Positions 14,310 through 22,443 of a stretch of 22,443 nt of DNA are shown here, piece after piece (position 1 is the first letter of the stretch; the number at the start of each line of letters is the position of its first letter). The translations under genes and the position numbers were made by a program. This stretch comes from Piromyces finnis finn (Eukaryota > Fungi > Neocallimastigomycota), in NCBI GenBank assembly GCA_002104945.1, contig MCFH01000163.1, positions 1 through 22,443 on the forward strand, read 5' to 3'. Under the pieces are notes generated by a model. That model saw only the letters and a list, made by a program, of their open reading frames with translations. It was not told the origin of the DNA and did no database searches.

Positions 14310-17300
14310 AGATAAAAACTTTATACTAATTTTAAAAAATAAGTTTTATAAAAAGAAATGAAGCATACCTGTTGTTCTAAGTTTGGTTCCAATCTTAATA
14401 AACAACCTATCTTACCAAGATCAATAGAGTGGAAAACTGCAGCACCAACAAAATTATTTTTATTAGGATCAACATTTTCACAAATACCAAAATGTAAATT
14501 AGATAATATATTTCTGGTCTTATTAACATCAATAGGATTTGGTGTCTTAAAAATAATTTGACTTTCTCTTGGTGGACCACCAATTTGTCTCCAACGAGTG
14601 AAGAAGTCTTGACAATTCATAATAATTGGTTCAAGGAATTTACCAATAGAAACTGGGAATTGAAGTTGTAATGAATTTGGCATACCATTCATATGATATT
14701 GAATATATAATACTGGTGGGCTCTTAAATACACCATTACATTCTAAAGCATAAAGTTGATTAAGTTGGGTAGCAGCTGGAATAGTTTGTGCAATTGGTTG
14801 TGCTACACTAAGCTTTAATTCATTTTGGGATTTAGTTTGAACAATAAAGTTAGTAAGAGTAAATTGAGTTTTGTTACCAGCGAATAATGCAATTCTACCT
14901 AAATGGTTATGATATTCAGATTTAATACCCAATTGAATAGTAGAATCTTCATAAAGAATACCATTATCAGCTAACATTAACTTATTGTAATATATATCAG
15001 CCATTTTTTCGGCAGGTATAATTTCTTTTGGTGCTTGAACAATTTCCTTAACAGTATCATTTGGTTTAATTTCTTCCACCACTGATTCCTTTTAACAATT
15101 CTACGATCTTTATTTTTATTGGCATCCTTACCACCAATAACCCAAATTCTTTTATCTTCGGTATCTGCAATCTTTTTATTAAGACTTGAAAGTAAAATGG
15201 ATTCTCTTTCTGGGAATGGTGGCATTTCATCAAATACAGTTTGCAAAAGATCATCAGTTGGGAGGTTACTGATGGCTAAATATTCACAAGCTCTTTGTTG
15301 TAATTCAACATCTAATACGTGACTATATTGTTTAAATACATTTGTAATTTCACTTTTAATTTCAGGGAATAAATTAATAAACTTAATATATGTAGATAAA
15401 AGTAAAGCACGTGTTGAAAGTGATGCCATTCCAAATTTAGAATGAATAGTAGTGAATTGTTCTATTGGACTACTTCCTGGTTCATTAGCAATTAAGTGAC
15501 CAAACTCACCAAGAATATAACCTGCAACCTTTAAAGTAGTTTCATGACAAATTGGTGACTTTAAAGAGTACATTAAAGTACGAGCAGCATATTCTTGTAA
15601 ATCTTCGTTATTGGTAACAATTTGAATAATACGGTACCATACTTCATCACTAACAAAATCACCAGCTATAGAAATTAATTGTAGCATTATATCAACATAC
15701 CATGAATATTCTGTAGCATATTTTTCAGTTAAAATAGCAATTTTAAGAACAAGTTCTTCCTTAATAGCATAATCTGCAACTTGAAGATATTTTAATAGTT
15801 CAGTAACAATAGTTTCTGCATTACTATTATCACACATACTATACAATAAATCTAAAGCCTTTCTTCTAACACTAATATCTTTATCCTTCAATGACATAAT
15901 AATGGTATTTTGATGTTTTTTAATTGGATCAAGAGATTCGACGAAACCTGCTAAGTGACACATAGTTTCTAAACCTAAATATCTAGTGTTGGTCTCTTTT
16001 GATGAAATAAATTTTCCCAATAAAACTGCAGCTTGACTTACTATATGTGATTCACTATCAATATGAATTGCTAAATTAATAGCTTCAAATAATACAGCAT
16101 TCTGTGCATTATTATGTTGTATATTCTTTGGAATTTCTTGTGAATTATTTATAATAGCTTGAAGAGTATGATTTAATCTTTCAATCAAAAATTTATCCTC
16201 TATTTAAAGTATCCATTACAGTGTTTTAATTATAATCGTAATTATTAATATTATCGTTATTGTTATATTATTATTAAAATTCAAATTAATAAATGAAATT
16301 AATAAATATAAATAAATGTTATATAGTTTTACATTTCATTTTATATAATTTTAATATTAATTTTTACCTGGTGGTGGATAATATTGTAAAAGTCTTAAAA
16401 GTTTAACTTGAAGCCATGGAATTGGAACTTTATAGTATAAATAATCTAGAGTATATTCCTTTTCAATTACAATCTATTTTTTTTTTAATAATATTATTTA
16501 ATTTAAAAAAAAATACAATTAATAATAATTTTCAATGCTTTTTTTTTTATAATATAATTACTCTGTAAAGACGGTCAATAGCTTTAGGAATACATGCTGC
16601 ATATGCTTCTGGGTATTGTTGTGCTAATGAAGTAATAAGACTGGTAACAGATAATGTAACACCCTATTTAATGTTTTAGAAATAGTAATTATTAATTTTT
16701 TATATTGAATAATGATTTAATTGTAATGGATGACTTTCTTTAAATATAATATTTTATTCCCATTATAATTACCAAATCTTGATCATCCATTAAAAATAAA
16801 ATTAATTCGGCCCAATCAATAGCTGGAATAATATCACTATGTTTACGGAATAATCTAAGCATACATAATGCAGCCTTCTTTTTAACAAATGTTCTCTTCT
16901 GACTATATAATTAAAACAATAAATAGCATTAAATATGTTAATGATTTGATTCTACTTGTTTTTTTCCTTTATAATTACAAGTAATAAAGAAATGCAACTA
17001 TCTGACTATAATTAACCTTGAAACTAATAATCTTTGTACATCAACCGATAAGGATTCGGCCATTTCACGGCCACCAATATTAGCAATAGCATGTAAAGCC
17101 AAGCAATTATGAATTTCATTATAATCTTCTAAATCTTTTCTAATTGAATTTACTACTAATTTAATAAGATCACTGTTTTCAGTTAATAATAATGTCATAG
17201 CGAGATAACCCTAAATTTGATAATAATTGTTTAATTGAAAATTAATTACAGAATATGACTTTAATCAATTTAAAATTATTTAAATATCATTATTGCTTGT

Positions 17301-17993
17301 TACAATTTGTTTTTCACTGTATTTAGAACTTGAAATTAAATTTAAAGCTTCCATGTGTCCGAAATCAACATCCCAACCAAGAATGTAAATATACAATAAT
17401 TTACATACATATTTTTTCTTTTGATATCCATTAAGATTACCATCTATTTTTATTTTGGAATTTGAATTGCATTTATATTTTTATTATAATTTTGTTTTTG
17501 TTGTTTAGTTTTGTTTTGTTGTTATAGTTGTTGTTTTTTAATTTGAAATTGATAATTATAATCATTTTTATTATCAATATAGAAATAAAATAATAAAAGA
17601 ATATATGTTATATGAAATCAATTATATCAATAAATGTTATTTCATATTCAATATGTATTTTTATTATGTTTAAATTTTTGTATATAAAAATTTAATAGTT
17701 AAATATTAGAATATGGGTAAAAATAAAAATGATAATTTTAAAAATATACTATATTTATTTATGATTTATGTAACCTCTAAATTTATTTCTAATATTTGCC
17801 ATTTCTTTGTTAATACGCTTTTCTTCTAACTCTCTTGCACGACCTAATTAATATAAAATAATTACAAACATTATTAATAATTTATAGAAAATATTATAAT
17901 TATTTGTTTAATTACTATTTTTATTTTAATTATATTAAGACTCGTACAGTTACGAAGATCGGCAATAAAAACAGTCAAACCTTTCATAGACAT
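14132..17993 (-). CDS. APL3: AP-2 adaptor complex subunit alpha (alpha-adaptin), 9 exons, about 905 aa
   Basis: Exons: 17993-17948, 17843-17775, 17443-17304, 17210-17017, 16902-16773, 16663-16562, 16473-16368, 16199-14369, 14230-14132. All introns are GT-AG and phase-consistent. The N-terminus is [34 protein letters not shown]. Further hallmarks: [71 protein letters not shown], and the ear domain ending [20 protein letters not shown]. One missing A near 15090-15093 must be restored. Confidence 0.95.
14281..14308. repeat. 28-nt poly(A) run inside the last alpha-adaptin intron
   Basis: Uninterrupted A run within intron 14368-14231. Confidence 0.9.
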
Positions 17994-18015
17994 TTTGACT
18001 ATCGGTTTTATATTT

Positions 18016-18046
<31 letters not shown>

Positions 18047-19840
18047 TATATTTCTATTTTTAAATATAAAATTATATGAAAAATTAATATTAGATTTTTA
18101 CAATTAATATTTTAAATTCTTAATATTTATTTCAAAAATAATATTTTTTATAAATTTTTAATAATAAAATAAAATAAAATAAAAAAAAGTTATATTACCT
18201 TCAAAAAAGTTTTTCCTTTAAAGTTTATTTTTTATTTTATTTAATTTGCTTATTATTTCCTTCTTTGTTATTATTATTATTATTATTTTGTTTGTTTATT
18301 CTATTATATTTTATTTTTAATTTTTCATTATTAATTTCTTTAATTATTAATTATTATTTATATTCTAATATTAAAATTTGACGTTATGTTTAACAGTTAA
18401 TTGAAATATAAGTAATAATTATATAATCTATATATATATAAAAAAAAAAAAAAAAAAAAAAGAACAAATAATAATAATTATAATAATAATAATAGAAAAA
18501 AAAAAAATGCTAAACTACGAACGATTATTTTTAAAAATAATAAATAAATTAAATAATATATAAAATGGTAATTATAAATTTTAAATAATATTAATTAATT
18601 TTTATATTTATTATTCAACAAGCACGTGATTACATAAATTATTACTTATATCATTTATGTATTGTACATACATATAGAATAATATATATTCAACTTTGTT
18701 TAAAAATATTATTTTACAGATTATTAAGAAATAGAGATAATTATTTATACTATGATAGTTAAATTTAATATAATTATATTTTCTATTATTATACAATTTA
18801 TAAAGATATTCATATAGTCTTTTCTTTTTTATTTTAGTAAATTCAAAATTAATATTCAAATAGTATTATTTGGTAAAAATCTTTGTGTGACATTAATACA
18901 TTTAAACATAATAAAGGGTAGGTTTTTTTAATAATAATAATAATATCTACCTTTTCACATAATTTATATAAAAATATAATAAAAAAAACATTAAAGTGGC
19001 CAACTTCTTAATGTAATTGTTAATAATAAAATATTTATTTTAAAATAAATGTTTATATTAAAATAACAAATAGAAAAAGAAAAGAAAAAAAAACTTCAAA
19101 ATTGGTAAATCTTTAAATTCTTTTTTAAAAATTTTTTAAAAATTCAATACCCTTTTTAAATATGGGAGACATAAAATATCATATATTTCCATCCATAACA
19201 ATAAATAAGCTATGATATAAAGTAATAGACTTTATAAAAAGAGAAAAAATAAAATAATTTATAATAGACCTTTATATTTCAATAAAATATATTATTTATT
19301 TATCAAAAAAAAAGAAAAAGAACATTTTCTACTCTTTACATATAAATATAAACCTAGTTTTTAAAAATGAAAAATCAGTTAAGATTATAGTTGATATTAT
19401 TAACTAAAAATAGAACAAAGTTTTAATTATTTTTGAATATATTTTTTCTATATTTGAATATCCTTTTGTTTTTTACATTAAAAATTAAATATATTAAATA
19501 TAATTTATTCGAAGATTGAAAGAAATAAAATATATAAATAGCAATCTTTTGTTTTTTATATATTACATATATGATTATTTCAATATAAAAGATAAATACA
19601 ATTCAAATCATTACATATTATAAAGAACAAAAAAAAGGTTACAAAATGAATATTGATAGTAATGTATCTATATGAAAATTAACTTAAAATAAACCATATA
19701 TTAATAACACATAAAGTACAAGATTTATTAATACTAATACAAACATACAAAACCATATATATTATTAATACATATATTATTATTATAATGTTAATGATGA
19801 TAATAATAATATTTAATAACAATTATCATATATAATAAAG

Positions 19841-22443
19841 CCATAAATCCAAGTATTATATCACCCCAAGAAGAATTGGAAGAGATAATAAGAGAATACA
19901 TAACACCTGACAAACTAGTTAGTTTTTTTTTTTTTTTAAAAAAAAAAATTAATCTTAAATAATATAATATATCATTAAATATGTTGTAATAAAAAAAAAA
20001 AAAAAATAGAGGAAAATTACAGGAATCAAAAAATTTAGATGAAGCAAGAAGTATTGAATTAAAAGTTGATAGTAGAAAAACTAGTATTGGAAATGTTGGT
20101 ACGATTAAGATATAGAAATATAATATTAATTTTTTGATAAAAATCTTTTCAATTTAATAACTCAATAAAAATATTAACAATTACTTAGGGAAAATATTAC
20201 CAAATTTGTCACAGTTAAATTTAAATAATAGTTATTTTGATTCAATAAGGTATATTAAAATATCAAAATATTTATTGATTTAAAAAGAAACGAAGCATGG
20301 AACCTTTAACTTACTATAATAAGAAATAATTATAATTATAATAATTAATAAGAAATTTAGGCTCATCTTTCGAAAATTTAAATATATTATGGGCTTGTAA
20401 TTGTTCAATCAAAGAACTTGATGGAATAAGTTCATTCAATTCATTAAAAGTATGCGTTTATATATAAATGAAGATAAAGACATATATATATATATTTTTA
20501 ATATAACAATTAAATATTTATTATAATAAAAAAATAAAAAAAAAGAAATTATATGTTAATAAGAATTTAATATCCGATTTATATTCAATAACAATGTTGG
20601 AAAATCTGGAAACATTAAACATTGAAAGGTATAATTTAACTTTTAATTTTATTATAATTTATTAAAATATATATAAATACTGAATTATATAACCTAGGTA
20701 ATAATATTAATTATTCCTTCAAAAATGCTTATATAGTAATTTAGTTTCTGACATTGAGCAGTTGGAATATTTAGCATTATGTCCATCTTTAAAAAATTTA
20801 ACTATTAGAAATAATCCTATAATGTTAAAATTAAAAATTACAATTGAAAAAAATGAAAAATCATAAAACAAAATAAAATACATGCATATAATAAAATTAT
20901 AAAAAATTTAATCCCTAGTATTTCAATATTAGACGGAGTCCTAATAGAATCAAAAAAAATCAATATACTAACAGGTATATATACAATCTTTTACTTTTTT
21001 TATTTTATTTTTTGTATGTGGTCTTCTATTATAATATTTTTTTTAACAAATCTTTTTTAATAAAATTATAAAATCATAAAATTCAATCTATAACTTTTAG
21101 ATGAAGAAATAAATGATATATTAAAAAAAGCAGAAGAAATGCAAATTGAAACTACCCCAATAAATAAAACAACGACAAATAAATACTATGGAATTGAAAA
21201 TGAAGTAGAAGAAGCTAGTGAATTAACATATGGTACATACTAAAATATAATTTCTTATATATATTTGTGATAATTTTAATATCAAAAAAAAATATTAATT
21301 TACATATCTACTTTTTTTTTAAATAAATATCCTAATGGATTTTTATTAATATTATATAAATTAAGGTACATCTGAAACTGTATGTGGAAATCCGGGCATT
21401 ATTTTTACGATCAAGAAGACAAGAAAAAACAAGAGTTATGTCATTCTATTGATAAACCTCAACTTGATGTCGAAATAAAAAATTACATAGAGAATTTAGA
21501 GAAAGAAGATGATTTTACAAGTAATTTAACTGAAGATAATAATTTAATTGATGAAAAACGAAATAAGTAATAAAGATCATAATAATGATAATATATCTAC
21601 AAAAAACACAACAAAAACTTTATTTCTGATAAAGAAAAAAAGAAAAAAATTAAAACATAAAACAATTAAAAAAGTTCCAAATATAGATGAAGAAAAAAAA
21701 TGTATTGAATTTGAATCTGAAAGTCTCACTGAAAATTGTGATATGATATCTAATATTATAATAAAAGATAAAACAGAAATTTCGAATAAATCCGAAAAAT
21801 TAATTAAAAAAAAAATTAAAAAAACTATAATAGATGAATATGATATGAAAAAAGCATCAGGAATAAAACATCAAAGAAGTAAATCATCAATTACTAGTTC
21901 CCCTAGAACAAATACATTAACAACAAATTCTTCTGGATATCATAAAGTACCTACAAAAGCTATTAATAATAAACCATTTGTATCTATTGATTCAATATAC
22001 AGTATTAGTAGTAGTGACAGTAGTAGCACATGTGGTTTAAAAAAAGAACCTATTTCAAAACCTCACATGTTACACCGAAGGTCTTCCACAACAGAATCAG
22101 GATTAGATTTACATAAATATGCATCACCCTCTCCTCCTCCTGACAAGAAATCACCTCTTTCACCTGATATTTTTTTAGCATTAAAAAATAACTCTATAAT
22201 AAATTCAAAATCTCTTTCTAAAAAATTAAATAAATTTGATACACTAATTCAAAAAAAGAGTGATATAACTGATTTAGAAAAACAAAATAAAAGAAATATT
22301 TATGTACGAAAGCTTAATATTAAAAGTCATACATTCAATACCAGTCGAGATTTTAACGATTTAACATTTATAAATAATAAAATGGATAACAATTTAATAC
22401 CTCACCCTCCCTTAAAACCTATAACATCACAAGAAGATGAACA
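19841..22443 (+). CDS. LRRC56: LRRC56/ODA8-like leucine-rich-repeat protein (dynein-arm assembly factor); start exon uncertain, 3' end beyond the window
   Basis: Exons: 19841-19917, 20010-20098, 20189-20249, 20353-20449, 20546-20628, 20737-20974, 21101-21232, 21366 to end. Spliced product: EEIIREYITPDKLRKITG..LDEARSIELKVDSRKTSIGNVGKILPNLSQLNLNNSYFDSIRNLGSSFENLNILWACNCSIKELDGISSFNSLKKLYVNKNLISDLYSITMLENLETLNIESNLVSDIEQLEYLALCPSLKNLTIRNNP..KNLIPSISILDG..ASELTYG..VCGNPALFLRSRR, then a long low-complexity K/S/N tail. This matches LRRC56 as I recall it. 1-bp indels at about 20030, 20858, 21395, 21426 and 21556. Confidence 0.75.

Noticed and set aside
14358-15322. ORFs 14358-14561 (+), 15119-15322 (+) and 15066-15254 (-)
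   Set aside because: They are antisense or off-frame overlaps of alpha-adaptin exon 8.
17904-18859. ORFs 17904-18107 (+) and 18611-18859 (-)
   Set aside because: These Y/F/I/N/K-rich translations of AT-rich DNA include an (ATTT)n repeat, and the first is antisense to alpha-adaptin exon 1.
3997-22443. Programmed ribosomal frameshifting or wholesale pseudogenisation as the explanation for broken frames
   Set aside because: The indels go both ways, lack a shared slippery motif, hit an essential conserved gene, and differ between the two CE6 copies. Sequencing error is more parsimonious.

Overview
Very AT-rich eukaryotic DNA with GT-AG introns. It most likely comes from an anaerobic gut fungus (Neocallimastigomycota); this is inferred from the AT content, a bacterial-type intronless CE6 esterase, a fungal ENA pump and a flagellar gene. 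Five genes can be reconstructed by hand: (1) a CE6 acetyl xylan esterase, present twice as a tail-to-tail ~2.3 kb fold-back at the window start; (2) a 2-exon type IID (ENA) Na+/K+ P-type ATPase; (3) an intronless, very basic, Q-rich orphan protein with a duplicated ~43-aa motif; (4) a 9-exon AP-2 alpha-adaptin; (5) an LRRC56/ODA8-like leucine-rich-repeat gene with at least 8 exons that runs off the window end. Every gene is broken by 1-bp indels, mostly in homopolymer runs. I read these as sequencing/consensus errors, which explains why the ORF track is fragmented. I saw no tRNA, rRNA, CRISPR array or transposase. I cannot claim a new multi-gene system. The best novelty candidates are the orphan repeat-domain protein and fold-back-type rearrangements at three scales (2.3 kb palindrome, 103-bp duplication with a flipped loop, 19-bp hairpin). 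The largest of these may be an assembly artefact.
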